From: an uncultured Candidatus Saccharibacteria bacterium
GTDB taxonomy: Bacteria; Patescibacteriota; Minisyncoccia; Phycocordibacterales; PALSA-1337
Direction: 5' to 3'
DNA length: 64,000 bases
Assembly: GCA_964412585.1 (NCBI GenBank)
Contig: CAYPPJ010000001.1
Location: forward strand, 149,334 to 213,333
In this document: positions 36,766-48,736 of the stretch, in pieces
Layout: each line of letters opens with the position of its first letter
Numbering within the stretch: the first letter of the stretch is position 1
Position numbers and translations under genes: made by a program
Notes under the pieces: generated by a model
What the model was told of the DNA's origin: nothing
The model's database searches: none
The model's input: the letters and a program-made list of their open reading frames with translations, nothing else

Positions 36766-37422
36766 TCACTTTCTTTTCGCCTTTTGATATGCGTCCCAAT
36801 ACGGCAGCCACTGCTCCTTGAACAGACTAAGTATCACTTCATCATGATACTCCCCTTCAATGAAGCGCTGGCGAATCAGCCGGCCTTCTTCGACGTAACC
36901 GCAGTGCTTGCTGTAGGCTATGCTACGTTCGTTAAACGCATACACGTGTGATGAAAGCTTGCGCAGACCGAGTGTATTGAAGGCATAGTCGATAAGTACC
37001 ATCTTTGCATCCGTCCCATACCCTTTGCCCCAATACTGCTTTTCGCCAATGAACGCACCTGTGTTTGCTGTGCGGTCTTTCCAGTTGATCCTGTGGATTC
37101 CCATCATGCCAATGTGGGTGCCCTTCAAATCTAGTACAAGGACCACATCAGTGTCTGAGCGTTTTAGCAAACTCTGGATCCATTCCGCCTCCCCATGAAG
37201 GGTCATAGGAAATGGGCGCTTGATAAAACGTCGGAGTTCAGGATCATTGACCCATCGAGTCAACGTTGGAACATCTTCAAGCGACGGCGGGCGGAGAGTA
37301 ATTCCACGCTTGCCTTGCAAGAATACGATAGCAGATGATGCGGAGGTATTAGTCTGTTTTTTCATATGCTGTATCTTTCTACTGTTTTGTGGTTTACCAA
37401 TGTACTGAACTTCTGGAAACAC
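36766..37422 (-). CDS. GNAT-family N-acetyltransferase (RimJ/RimL-like)
   Basis: Acetyl-CoA binding region QYWGKGYGTDA. Overall RimL-like layout. The start may be the ATG at 37365. Confidence 0.75.
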   Translation of the reverse strand: MFPEVQYIGKPQNSRKIQHMKKQTNTSASSAIVFLQGKRGITLRPPSLEDVPTLTRWVNDPELRRFIKRPFPMTLHGEAEWIQSLLKRSDTDVVLVLDLKGTHIGMMGIHRINWKDRTANTGAFIGEKQYWGKGYGTDAKMVLIDYAFNTLGLRKLSSHVYAFNERSIAYSKHCGYVEEGRLIRQRFIEGEYHDEVILSLFKEQWLPYWDAYQKAKRK

Positions 37423-37444
37423 CCAGAAGGCTGAGAGAGTTCTC

Positions 37445-37479
37445 GGGAAACAAAATCCCGGCTTTCATGCAGCCGGGAT
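37445..37479 (-). terminator. hairpin plus U-tract (terminator-like) upstream of GNAT gene
   Basis: ATCCCGGCT-ttcatgc-AGCCGGGAT followed by TTTGTTTCCC on the minus strand. Confidence 0.35.
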
Positions 37480-37639
37480 ATGTCTAGAAAATAGGAGTAG
37501 ATGGACCTTAGACAACTCTGGGCTGAAGAAAAGTATGCGACTGTGCGCGCATATCAAGACCGGCAATGAAGGCATTACCGTAGTTCTTCGAGCATGAGTT
37601 GTATGTCCAATGTGACATGACATTTTTATACCACGTATA

Positions 37640-37671
37640 ATAAAAAACGCAACCCAGTCAACAGGTTGCGT
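37640..37671 (-). terminator. rho-independent terminator ending gyrB operon
   Basis: ACGCAACC-N9-GGTTGCGT followed by TTTTTTATTAT on the minus strand. Confidence 0.6.
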
Positions 37672-37724
37672 ATTGCGAATACTGACACACCAGGTGTTAA
37701 TGTGTCTATACAGAGTTGAGGTAC

Positions 37725-38066
37725 TCATCTTTCCCCCTTCGTATTATAGTGATGGTTTGCACAGCAAAATATCAGAAGGAGTAAGACTCCGCCAGCAACT
37801 ACGAGGAAACGATGTGCCGGAGAGGGTACTGCATAAGGTCCATGTCTCAGCATCTCCATGATTCCCGTGGTTGCAACAACAGCGAGGTAACCGAGGAAAA
37901 GGAGTGTGATTACGGTGTAAACTGCACTCATTTCGGTCTTCTTGGATAAACCAAGATATGGATTCTTGTGAATCCAGCGAAAGATTTTTTCCATACCTAA
38001 AGATCCTTTCTTAAGAAGAATACCTCTTATTTCTAGAATAGACCAGTAAAATCGACCCCGTGACAT
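37725..38066 (-). CDS. hypothetical small membrane protein downstream of gyrB
   Basis: 113-aa ORF with 2 TM helices. Likely start is the internal MEKIFRW. Confidence 0.4.
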   Translation of the reverse strand: MSRGRFYWSILEIRGILLKKGSLGMEKIFRWIHKNPYLGLSKKTEMSAVYTVITLLFLGYLAVVATTGIMEMLRHGPYAVPSPAHRFLVVAGGVLLLLIFCCANHHYNTKGER

Positions 38067-38069
38067 TCG

Positions 38070-40229
<2,160 letters not shown>

Positions 40230-40403
40230 CTAATGACACAAAAAATGAGTCAGATGAAAGAGTCAAAATATGGCTTAAAATATGCTTATTTTGCTCCTTT
40301 AATCTGCTTCTTTTACGCCTCTAATTATAGCAGATTTGAGGGCACAAAGAAAGCGGGTTTTTGACCCTAAAATTGAGAAATCTGGGGATAAAATAAAGCC
40401 GAT

Positions 40404-42362
40404 TTACCTCACTTCCCACCCCTTCACTTTTCGTATTTCGGTGTAGACTGACTCCATGATTGTGTTAGCTTCCTCGTCAGTCAATGTGCGATCAGGTGCT
40501 TGGAATACCAATCTGAATGCAAATGAAATTTTGCCGTCTTTTTTGAATGTATCGAATAATGCGTAGCGCACCAACAACTCAGTTCCACCAGCCTGCTGAA
40601 CCCCATTCATAATAACTGACCACAGTGATGGTGGACCTCCCGCATCAGAAATCTCGGAAGCATCGATAGTGTTATCAGGTACAAAAACAGCGATATCGCG
40701 AACAATGAACGGAAAGAGTGAGAATTTCTTGTAGACAATCGATGACGCTTTTCCAAAACCAAGATCGTCGTATGAAGTCGGATCAAGTAATGTCGCAACC
40801 AAAGCCGGCATACTGATTTCTACCACATATCCTCCTGGAATCTTTTTACTGTGTGTAGGTGAAACTACGGGTACGCCGAGCGCATCGGCAACCTTCTTCA
40901 AAACGTCATTAACTTCTTGTTCCGGCGAATACCCCTTTACCTTTTTTACTTGTTGCGCACCGATAGCCAGTGATGTATATTCTCCCTCCGCAGAAAAGAC
41001 CGTGCCCACTTCAAATATGTGTATGCGATCAAGTCCGAGAAGTGGCGCATTTTTTGCATTATAATCGAGCGCTTTAACCAAGCCATCCGAAAGGTTAGTC
41101 CTCAAATGATTTTTGTCTGCCGCCAACGGTTTTTCAATTTCCCATACACCCGAGGCAACCAAACTGTATGTATACACTTCAGAAAAACCAGCCTCCACGA
41201 GTACATTCTTCATTTTTTCCCCGTAGTAAAAGGTCTTCTCAACGCGAGACTGTGCAGATGAAATAACCGGCGTAGAGGCCTTTATATTGGCATACCCATA
41301 CAAACGACCTACTTCCTCAGGAATATCGCGCCAATCGCGAATATCGAGCCTATTAGAGGGTACGGAAATCGTTAGAGTATCCCCTTCTTGAGTGACTTTC
41401 ATATTGAGTCGCTCAAGTATCGAAACAATGTCCGACTCTGAAATTTCAATGCCAAGTACTGCCACAATGTCTGATATGTTCGCGGTAATAATCTTTGGCG
41501 ACACTGGGTGAGGATATGCATCCGCCAATGCACCATATGAAGCATTCTTATTGAGGTCGAGAATCAACTTCGTTGCATGATCGACAGCTTCTGACTGGAG
41601 TTCTATAGAAAGACCATTCTCAAAACGTTTTGATGCATCTGAACGAATGCCGATCTTGAGAGATGTCTTGCGCACACTCGAACTATTAAATACGCCTCCA
41701 ACCAATATTATGTTCTTTGTCTCTGCTGAAATTTCTGCGCGCTTTCCCCCCTTGATGCCTGCGATGGCAAGTGGCCCTTCGTCATCAGCCTCAAGAAGCA
41801 TTGTTTCATCGAGCGCGATTTCCCTACCATCCAAAATCGTAATTTTTTCACCTGCTTTGGCACGTCGAAGCACCAGTGTTCCCTTCACTTTATCGGCATC
41901 AAATGCGTGGAGTGGTTGACCTATATCAAAAAGGACGAAATTGGTGACATCCACGATGGTATTGATCGAACGTTGGCCAACCGTCTCAAGTGGTTTCTTG
42001 AGCCATTCGGGCGAATCTGATACTGCAACATTGTGTATGAGACGCGCACAGTAACGGGTACACAATGTCTCATCCTCGATACGAATCTGTGCCGTATCAA
42101 GCTGTGCTGATGATAGACTAACGTTCTCTAGTTTCTTAGGCTTCAGATTGAAAATCGCTGCAACTTCACCAGCAACACCACGGTGAGATAGCGCGTACGG
42201 CGCACGATCAGGGAGAACATTCACGTCTATGACAGAATCGTCTCCAACCTGCTCAACACCCTCAACTTCACACATGTGGAATGTAATCTTATGCGACAAA
42301 TCAGCAGTCGAAGGAAGTGTGTCAGCAATATGTGTTTGAAGCCAGTTGTAGGAAATTTTCAT
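40404..42362 (-). CDS. pheT: phenylalanine--tRNA ligase beta subunit (short form)
   Basis: MKISYNWLQTHI N-terminus, B3/B4 and B5 regions. 652 aa. Confidence 0.9.
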   Translation of the reverse strand: MKISYNWLQTHIADTLPSTADLSHKITFHMCEVEGVEQVGDDSVIDVNVLPDRAPYALSHRGVAGEVAAIFNLKPKKLENVSLSSAQLDTAQIRIEDETLCTRYCARLIHNVAVSDSPEWLKKPLETVGQRSINTIVDVTNFVLFDIGQPLHAFDADKVKGTLVLRRAKAGEKITILDGREIALDETMLLEADDEGPLAIAGIKGGKRAEISAETKNIILVGGVFNSSSVRKTSLKIGIRSDASKRFENGLSIELQSEAVDHATKLILDLNKNASYGALADAYPHPVSPKIITANISDIVAVLGIEISESDIVSILERLNMKVTQEGDTLTISVPSNRLDIRDWRDIPEEVGRLYGYANIKASTPVISSAQSRVEKTFYYGEKMKNVLVEAGFSEVYTYSLVASGVWEIEKPLAADKNHLRTNLSDGLVKALDYNAKNAPLLGLDRIHIFEVGTVFSAEGEYTSLAIGAQQVKKVKGYSPEQEVNDVLKKVADALGVPVVSPTHSKKIPGGYVVEISMPALVATLLDPTSYDDLGFGKASSIVYKKFSLFPFIVRDIAVFVPDNTIDASEISDAGGPPSLWSVIMNGVQQAGGTELLVRYALFDTFKKDGKISFAFRLVFQAPDRTLTDEEANTIMESVYTEIRKVKGWEVR

Positions 42363-42388
42363 TGTGGTTTATTGAGGGTTGAACCTGA

Positions 42389-42907
42389 TCACTTCTCCGA
42401 AGAAGGTCGTAAAATCGTAATGTATCCATCGTTTGAAGCTATATGCTCAAACATTCCTGAAATCCCAACACCAATAACATAATGATCGCTTTGATTGGCC
42501 TCTTCGGGAATACTCCAAACAAAACTGCCGTTGTTAGGTACCTGATCAATCACTTTGTAATATAATTCCCCTGCACATACAAGTGTGCCATCAGAGCACT
42601 GTTCTTGGATAAATATCTGAACGTAGTCCTCTTTCCAATCAGTCGTCTCCCAAGCTATCTTGATATTGTCGCCAACTTTATACGATTCTCCACCTTTTGG
42701 CGTAATAAGACGAATTTGAGCAATAGGTTCCTTTTCGCTATAAGGAGACGTCTCCTTTTTAATTTCTTTTGAAATATCAGTATCCGATTTATTTACATCA
42801 CCTTGCTTCCCCACACCCAAATAATGCAGCCCCGCCGCAATCGCAACTAAAATAATCAGTGTAATGATCATCATAGGCACACTCATTTTTACTTTCATAT
42901 CAGGCAT
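42389..42907 (-). CDS. hypothetical membrane-anchored protein
   Basis: N-terminal TM (MSVPMMIITLIILVAIAAG), then a soluble domain. Confidence 0.45.
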   Translation of the reverse strand: MPDMKVKMSVPMMIITLIILVAIAAGLHYLGVGKQGDVNKSDTDISKEIKKETSPYSEKEPIAQIRLITPKGGESYKVGDNIKIAWETTDWKEDYVQIFIQEQCSDGTLVCAGELYYKVIDQVPNNGSFVWSIPEEANQSDHYVIGVGISGMFEHIASNDGYITILRPSSEK

Positions 42908-42913
42908 ACTCGT

Positions 42914-43138
42914 TTAATTGTTAGTCGACATAAATACGAACCTCGGCACCTTCTTCCCCTCAACTTCAACTACATCTTCAAACATAGAAACGGGACGGAC
43001 CCATAGTTTCGAAACAGGATTTTCATACTGAGCTTCGTAGACTACCATCGGCTCCAGCGTTTCCGAATGCGCAGCAGTCCCGATGACGCGATAGAGCGTT
43101 CCTTTTTTCGAATGTTTGTAAATGCCGAGCTTGATCAT
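42914..43138 (-). CDS. DUF1653-like small protein
   Basis: GIYKHSKKGTLYRVIGTAAHSETLEPMVVYEAQYEN...LWVRPVSMFED pattern. Confidence 0.6.
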   Translation of the reverse strand: MIKLGIYKHSKKGTLYRVIGTAAHSETLEPMVVYEAQYENPVSKLWVRPVSMFEDVVEVEGKKVPRFVFMSTNN

Positions 43139-43139
43139 G

Positions 43140-43859
43140 TTAAAACTGATTGACGAACCTCAAATCCCCCGAATACAACGAGCGAATATCATCGACACCA
43201 TATTTGATCATCAACAATCGATCGAGTCCGCCACCAAAGGCAAAGCCACACCACTCATCTGGATCAACGCCAGCTTCTTTCAGCACATTTTGGTGCAACA
43301 TACCTGAGCCCATAACTTCGAGCCAGCGGTCCTTGAATTTGACCCAGACCTCAGCGGAAGGTTCGGTAAATGAAAAGTAGCTTGGGCGAAACTGAATTTC
43401 GACATCATCACCAAGAATTTTTCGATAATAATACAGCAGTGTCGACTTGAGGTCGGCGAGCGACACCTTCCCTTTTTTGTCTACATAGACACCATCGAGC
43501 TGATAAAACTGTGCTTCATGTGTTGCGTCAGTAGCTTCGTTTCGAAACACTTTCCCTGGAAATATTTTGCGAATGGGAAACTCATTTTTGCACTGTGCGA
43601 GAGCACGTGCAGTCGCTGAAGTATTGTGCGTACGCAATACCGGACGTTCTTTTGAACCCTTTTGAGGCTTTATCCAGAATGTGTCCTGCATATCACGAGC
43701 TGGGTGATCTGAGGGTATATTGAGCGCATCAAAGTTGAAATGCTCAGTCTCAAGTTCGGGGCCAGATGCAACCTCAAAACCAAGATCTTGGAAGATGGTC
43801 TGAGTCTCCCGAATGAGCTGGGTCATCGGGTGTAGGTGGCCTTTAGGGCTAGGATTCAT
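43140..43859 (-). CDS. pheS: phenylalanine--tRNA ligase alpha subunit (short form)
   Basis: Class II motifs (FNFDALNIPSDHPARDMQDTFWI, GFAFGGGLDRLLMI). 239 aa, lacking the N-terminal extension. Confidence 0.9.
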   Translation of the reverse strand: MNPSPKGHLHPMTQLIRETQTIFQDLGFEVASGPELETEHFNFDALNIPSDHPARDMQDTFWIKPQKGSKERPVLRTHNTSATARALAQCKNEFPIRKIFPGKVFRNEATDATHEAQFYQLDGVYVDKKGKVSLADLKSTLLYYYRKILGDDVEIQFRPSYFSFTEPSAEVWVKFKDRWLEVMGSGMLHQNVLKEAGVDPDEWCGFAFGGGLDRLLMIKYGVDDIRSLYSGDLRFVNQF

Positions 43860-43958
43860 GGACTATACTGTAGCAAGAAAACGTCTTTTTTTCTATTGAA
43901 AAAGCCCGGCCATTCGACCGAGCTTACCTGAATGATTGAAGTGTCAGGATTTTGTTGG

Positions 43959-44771
43959 TTAGGGCACCCACAGCTTTTTCATGCGGAAAAATGCCCGTTC
44001 GTGATATTTCTCACCAATAACACCCACCTGTTCTTTGAGGACCTCACTATCACCCGGACTATTGGCGATGCCGACTTCTTCCCAATTTAGCAGATTCGTT
44101 GATGCCTCGACGGAATATGACGTATTAGGTTCCATGAAACCGTTCAGTACCAATCCTTTGCTTGTCGAATTTGGAATGGGTTGCAGGATCAAGCGACTGA
44201 TCTGAGCGAAGTCAGCTGAAACAAGCGGCGCACGAGCAACTACGCCAGTAAATTTCTCACCTGACACATTTGGAACGGCCACGAGTGTACTGTTTACCTG
44301 ATCAACAAGTCTAACCGTGCGACTATCGCCATGCTGATACGTCACCGATATCTCTGATCCGATCTCGAAGCCACCGACGAAGTCGGCGACGACGCGAATC
44401 GTGCGAAATCCATTGGTCGGAATGACAAGATTGGTAATCGTGTCAAAGATGACTCTGCCGTTGTCACAGTCGCAGACGATCGGAGTGCTCCAGACTCGTT
44501 TTGGATCCGTCAACACCACGCCGTTTTCATCAAACAAACGAACGTTGATGACTTGGTGATAGATCCAGGACGGCACAGTGACGCCGAAAGCAATCTGGGT
44601 AAGTTGAAGTTCTTGATCCTCGTCGCCAGTGACAATAAATCGTGCCAACGTCGAGTTGGTCGTGATGCGCACATGGGCAGGAGTGGCTGCCGTTGCCTGG
44701 AGACTACCCGCCCAGACCGAGGCTTGCAATAATGTTGATACGGCAAGTGCGAGAATAACTAACAGTTTCAT
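43959..44771 (-). CDS. secreted hypothetical protein (C-terminal shared module)
   Basis: Signal peptide. C-terminus is YSVEASTNLLNWEEVGIAN...RAFFRMKKL. Confidence 0.5.
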   Translation of the reverse strand: MKLLVILALAVSTLLQASVWAGSLQATAATPAHVRITTNSTLARFIVTGDEDQELQLTQIAFGVTVPSWIYHQVINVRLFDENGVVLTDPKRVWSTPIVCDCDNGRVIFDTITNLVIPTNGFRTIRVVADFVGGFEIGSEISVTYQHGDSRTVRLVDQVNSTLVAVPNVSGEKFTGVVARAPLVSADFAQISRLILQPIPNSTSKGLVLNGFMEPNTSYSVEASTNLLNWEEVGIANSPGDSEVLKEQVGVIGEKYHERAFFRMKKLWVP

Positions 44772-44908
44772 GATGTCGATTCCATTTCTTTTTCTGTGGG
44801 TTTATATTGATTTCAAAAGATTTGTGACAGAAACACAAATCAGTACAAAACGGCCTACAGTATACCACATATATAGTGGTAATGTCAATAGGTTATTAAA
44901 CAGTCTTC

Positions 44909-45823
44909 TTACAACCTTACGTAGAACACATCCTTACCCTCTTTCACATAGAGTGCTCCGGCCCAAATACGATACTCTATTTTTGGGCCAAGAAAAATCG
45001 GGACGGCTGGCTTCCGTGGTCCAGCATCTGTCTCAAGAGCAAAAAGCCCTTTGTGCGTCAGGATAATGGCCACATCCTTGCGTCCTGGGAAAAAATCAAC
45101 AGACAAAACGGTGGTAGCAACTGGAACATGAACCTGTGTTACACAGACATTTTCTTGCTCAATAACAGAACAGAAAAATCGAGGAATGCGAGACATGCTT
45201 CCCTGCCACTCAAACACGACAATATGATTGCGCTCAGTCCACAGGGCTACCGATGAATTGATCCGCGCAGTAGATGTTGAGGTAGCAACAGGGGTTGTTG
45301 AAGCAGGATTGAATAACGCATGAATGTGCTCGTATTGATCCATCGGCACACGTGCAATCAATGCCTCAGTCGAGGTTGAAAGAGTGCTCACACTCGAAGT
45401 TGCTTCCAATTCTGGTAGAACTTTTCGAACGGGAATCGGGTCGGGCAAAATGAGTGCCGACGCAAGTGCAACGTATCGAGGTAGAACAGTAACATCCTTG
45501 TGCCACGGCGTAGTACCAGTCGCACTAATATCGACAGCATGCAACCCAGGGCTCATGCCATCAATAAATAATGTTTCAGAGAAAAAGTTTGGTGTTTCAG
45601 TGCTGTACACTCCGTCGATATATACAGACGAGCCAGGAACCAGTGTATCGAGCACAATCGCACCCGTCGAAGTAACAGAGGTCTGACCCTTGGTATCTGT
45701 GAAGGTCAAACGATATCCGTTCACATATGATACGACGAGCGGTACAAGGATGATGAATGCAACAAATGCCCCAAGGGCAAGGGCACGGCGAGAACGGACC
45801 GACATCGGTCGCATGACTTCCAT
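44909..45823 (-). CDS. membrane-anchored hypothetical protein (PEGA-like domain)
   Basis: N-terminal TM. GAIVLDTLVPGSSVYIDGVYSTETP resembles a PEGA motif. Confidence 0.45.
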   Translation of the reverse strand: MEVMRPMSVRSRRALALGAFVAFIILVPLVVSYVNGYRLTFTDTKGQTSVTSTGAIVLDTLVPGSSVYIDGVYSTETPNFFSETLFIDGMSPGLHAVDISATGTTPWHKDVTVLPRYVALASALILPDPIPVRKVLPELEATSSVSTLSTSTEALIARVPMDQYEHIHALFNPASTTPVATSTSTARINSSVALWTERNHIVVFEWQGSMSRIPRFFCSVIEQENVCVTQVHVPVATTVLSVDFFPGRKDVAIILTHKGLFALETDAGPRKPAVPIFLGPKIEYRIWAGALYVKEGKDVFYVRL

Positions 45824-45865
45824 ATGGAGGCGATTGTAGCACAGAACGACACGCCAAACACGCTC

Positions 45866-47401
45866 TCACGGGCGGTGTTTTGGAGTAACCCAAAATCCCA
45901 GGTATTTACCCACGAACAACCTCGTTTGCGCCTCAAGCGCTGGAATTGCACCAAATATCACTATAGTGAGGGGCACCAAGATCCACTGGATGACCATCCA
46001 CAATGACTGACGCGCAGGTATATGTTTTGGACGTGGTGGCAATAGTGACATGGCCATGTACGCTGACACGATGAGGCCAAACATGGTCACAAACATGATG
46101 TCACGGGTAATAATCGGCAAATTGTATGAAATAACCAACGTCGAAAAATCCCCTCTCCCAATAATAGTTGGCAACCAGCCAAGCAAAAATATCAACAAAG
46201 GGTTGGTTGCCAATGACCAAAAGCCCTCGAGTTGAACCCATGACATTTTGACTTTTTTACCTTTTGGAATTTCTTTTCGTTTCAAGAAATTGAACAGAAT
46301 ATAGGGAACATTTTCAACACCCCATGACCAGCGTCGTTGCTGTAAATATATATTTTTGAGCGTCCCCCAGAATGTTGGAGCGAGATTGGCATCCATTGAA
46401 ACAGGATATGCGATCGGTACGACTTCATAATCACTACCAAAATGCATGTAGCAATTCCAAAAGATGCGCGAGTCCTCTGAGACCATATTTGTCTGCCAAT
46501 AGCCCACGCGACGCAACGTTTCAAACAACACCGCATGCGACGAGAATGTAGCAAGCCGTTCTGGACGCTCTTGTTGAACCATTTGCCAAAAAGTCCCGGA
46601 AAAGGCCACGACGCGCGAGAGGGCTGGCGCATCCCAGATATTGTTGTTATAGAGCGGTACAGGTTGAAATGAAGCGTAGAGTGGTCGAGGGTGATTGAGC
46701 ACGTGCCATGATAAGCATGCGAAATAATCTGGATAGACTACCGTATCAATATCAAAAGCAGAAACAATAACGTGTGTGTATGCAATCCCCTTTTTGTCCA
46801 AGACTTCCGTACGTACCTGTTCGGCCGCATATGAAATGTTAGAACCTTTTCCCGGCATTTCTCCTTCAACATCTGATGGATGAAATGAAACAAAAAAAGT
46901 CCCGAACAGTGAACCATATTCGCGCTGGGCGCGTTCTGCTTTCTCCCGTGCAGATTGACCTGCACGTTCTTCGGCGGCCAACACGACAATGAGACGCTCA
47001 GGAGAAATATGGGCACCCAGAAGTGACTCCAAACTTTTCGCTATCACGCCATAATCTTCTTTATAAAAGGGCAAGATAACAAGGTGATGGAGATGTTCAT
47101 GAGAAAACTGCTTCAATAATTGTCGCCAATCGGTCGCCAACGCTTTCTTGGTACGCCTCCAATTTGTACGCAAATGAATCGAAAGAAAAATCGTTTTGAG
47201 AAACCAATAAATATCAAACGCTATAATAAATATAGCTGCGTATAACGGCACCCAGTACGATGCCGCTATTGCACCGAGAATAGTACCCCATGACAGTATC
47301 GCAGGAATCATTTCAAACAAGCGATATATCTTGCGGTCAGCACCACGAAGCTCGGTTGCCCTACCGATTTTGTAGTGAGTTGAGATGCGTGCGGTTTCCA
47401 T
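45866..47401 (-). CDS. family 2 glycosyltransferase, integral membrane processive synthase type (QxxRW)
   Basis: DxD-type region and QQRRWSWG. Multiple TM helices. Start set at the ATG at 47401 to avoid overrunning tRNA-Thr. Confidence 0.75.
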   Translation of the reverse strand: METARISTHYKIGRATELRGADRKIYRLFEMIPAILSWGTILGAIAASYWVPLYAAIFIIAFDIYWFLKTIFLSIHLRTNWRRTKKALATDWRQLLKQFSHEHLHHLVILPFYKEDYGVIAKSLESLLGAHISPERLIVVLAAEERAGQSAREKAERAQREYGSLFGTFFVSFHPSDVEGEMPGKGSNISYAAEQVRTEVLDKKGIAYTHVIVSAFDIDTVVYPDYFACLSWHVLNHPRPLYASFQPVPLYNNNIWDAPALSRVVAFSGTFWQMVQQERPERLATFSSHAVLFETLRRVGYWQTNMVSEDSRIFWNCYMHFGSDYEVVPIAYPVSMDANLAPTFWGTLKNIYLQQRRWSWGVENVPYILFNFLKRKEIPKGKKVKMSWVQLEGFWSLATNPLLIFLLGWLPTIIGRGDFSTLVISYNLPIITRDIMFVTMFGLIVSAYMAMSLLPPRPKHIPARQSLWMVIQWILVPLTIVIFGAIPALEAQTRLFVGKYLGFWVTPKHRP

Positions 47402-47425
47402 AGTGTTCGCTGTGACGCGTCGCGG

Positions 47426-47498
47426 AGCCACCTCCCAGGCTTGAACTGGGGACCTTCGCTTTACAAAAGCGTTGCTCTACCAACTGAGCTAAGGTGGC
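47426..47498 (-). tRNA. tRNA-Thr (TGT), CCA not encoded
   Basis: Acceptor GCCACCT/AGGTGGC, D arm GCTC-AGTTGGTA-GAGC, anticodon loop TTTGTAA, T arm CCCAG-TTCAAGC-CTGGG. 73 nt. Confidence 0.8.
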
Positions 47499-47568
47499 GT
47501 GCAGGAAACTGTACCAATTTTTTGACCTTTTCGCAAGAAAAAACACCTACCGGAACACCTTGCAGGTT

Positions 47569-47979
47569 TTATTTATCAGAAATCCTGCGCAGATAGAACG
47601 AGGCGCCATGATCTTTGACTTCCCCGCGACCACGCACCGCATCGAGCATTTTCTTTCCTTGGGGCATCGCAAGGAATGATGCCTTGATCTCTACATATAC
47701 TTTTCGAACACGGACAAGAATATGGAAAGCAATCCAGTGGCCGAGAGCGACAAAAGTATGCTTGTTGAGATACGAAGCTGCATTTCCTACGGCACTAAAA
47801 ATCGTATGGAAAAATTGATCACTTCCTCGTCCGAGGCGCGAAATGATGCTTGGATGACCAGACTTTACCTCTGCACGCTTGAGGAGAATCATCACAATGA
47901 TGAGTATGAGTGAGAAGTAGAATATGCCGATAGTAGTATACATAAGAAGGAGATTAGAGATTGGAACATCCCAAAACAC
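47569..47979 (-). CDS. hypothetical membrane protein
   Basis: 136-aa ORF with an N-terminal TM. No recognisable family. Confidence 0.35.
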   Translation of the reverse strand: MFWDVPISNLLLMYTTIGIFYFSLILIIVMILLKRAEVKSGHPSIISRLGRGSDQFFHTIFSAVGNAASYLNKHTFVALGHWIAFHILVRVRKVYVEIKASFLAMPQGKKMLDAVRGRGEVKDHGASFYLRRISDK

Positions 47980-47991
47980 AAACTATACCTA

Positions 47992-48585
47992 CTAGTTCTC
48001 GAGTACCTTGAAACGCTTGAATCGCGCAATCGCCGTCTTTTCACCGAACTTTTGTACTGCTGCATCAACAAGTCCCTGGATGGTGACTTCTGGATTCTTG
48101 ATGAATGGCTGATTTGAGAGAACCATCTCAGCAAAATAGGTATCAAGCTTGCCCTGAAGAATCTTGTCTTTCATAGCAGCTGGCTTGTCTTTGACTTCAG
48201 CCTCAAATACTTCACGAGCAACCTTCATGTCTGATTCCTGAATATCTTCCTTGCGAAGGAATTTCGGATTGGTAGCTGTAATATGCATAGCAATGTCACG
48301 AGCGAGAGCCTTGAACTCGTCGTTATTGGCGACGAAGTCGGTCTCACAGTTGAGTTCGACAATAGCTCCTACCGTACCTGTCGCGTGGATGTATGCCTGA
48401 ACTGTGCCAGCGCCAAAGGTACGATCTCCTTTCTTTGCGGCCAATTCGCCACTCTTTTTGCGAAGAATCACCATGGCCTTCTCCATATCACCTCCAGCTT
48501 CCTCGAGGGCTTTGCGGCACTGCATAACGGAAATGCCGGTCTGATCACGGAGTGTTTTGACTTGTTCTGTAGTGATGGATGACAT
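47992..48585 (-). CDS. tsf: elongation factor Ts
   Basis: TEQVKTLRDQTGISVMQCRKALEEAGGDMEKA UBA-like N-terminus. Start set at MSSITTEQV, because the ORF-track extension has no homology. Confidence 0.85.
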   Translation of the reverse strand: MSSITTEQVKTLRDQTGISVMQCRKALEEAGGDMEKAMVILRKKSGELAAKKGDRTFGAGTVQAYIHATGTVGAIVELNCETDFVANNDEFKALARDIAMHITATNPKFLRKEDIQESDMKVAREVFEAEVKDKPAAMKDKILQGKLDTYFAEMVLSNQPFIKNPEVTIQGLVDAAVQKFGEKTAIARFKRFKVLEN

Positions 48586-48736
48586 GGGAGTAATATTAGA
48601 CGATGCTGATACTGAAAATTGTTTTGATAAGCGTTCCTTTTGTTCCTTGAGTGAACCAGCCGGCGGAACAGACGAATCAACGGGAGTATCTTTCTTTTTT
48701 GTCCACAACAGGAATGGGCTAAGCATGGCCTACACC

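Noticed and set aside
37465-37728. 87-aa ORF between GNAT and gyrB-operon genes
   Set aside because: It spans two strong hairpin/terminator structures and has an odd composition. More likely noncoding.
47402-47431. First 10 codons of the GT2 ORF
   Set aside because: They overlap tRNA-Thr (47426-47498). The internal ATG at 47401 avoids the overlap.
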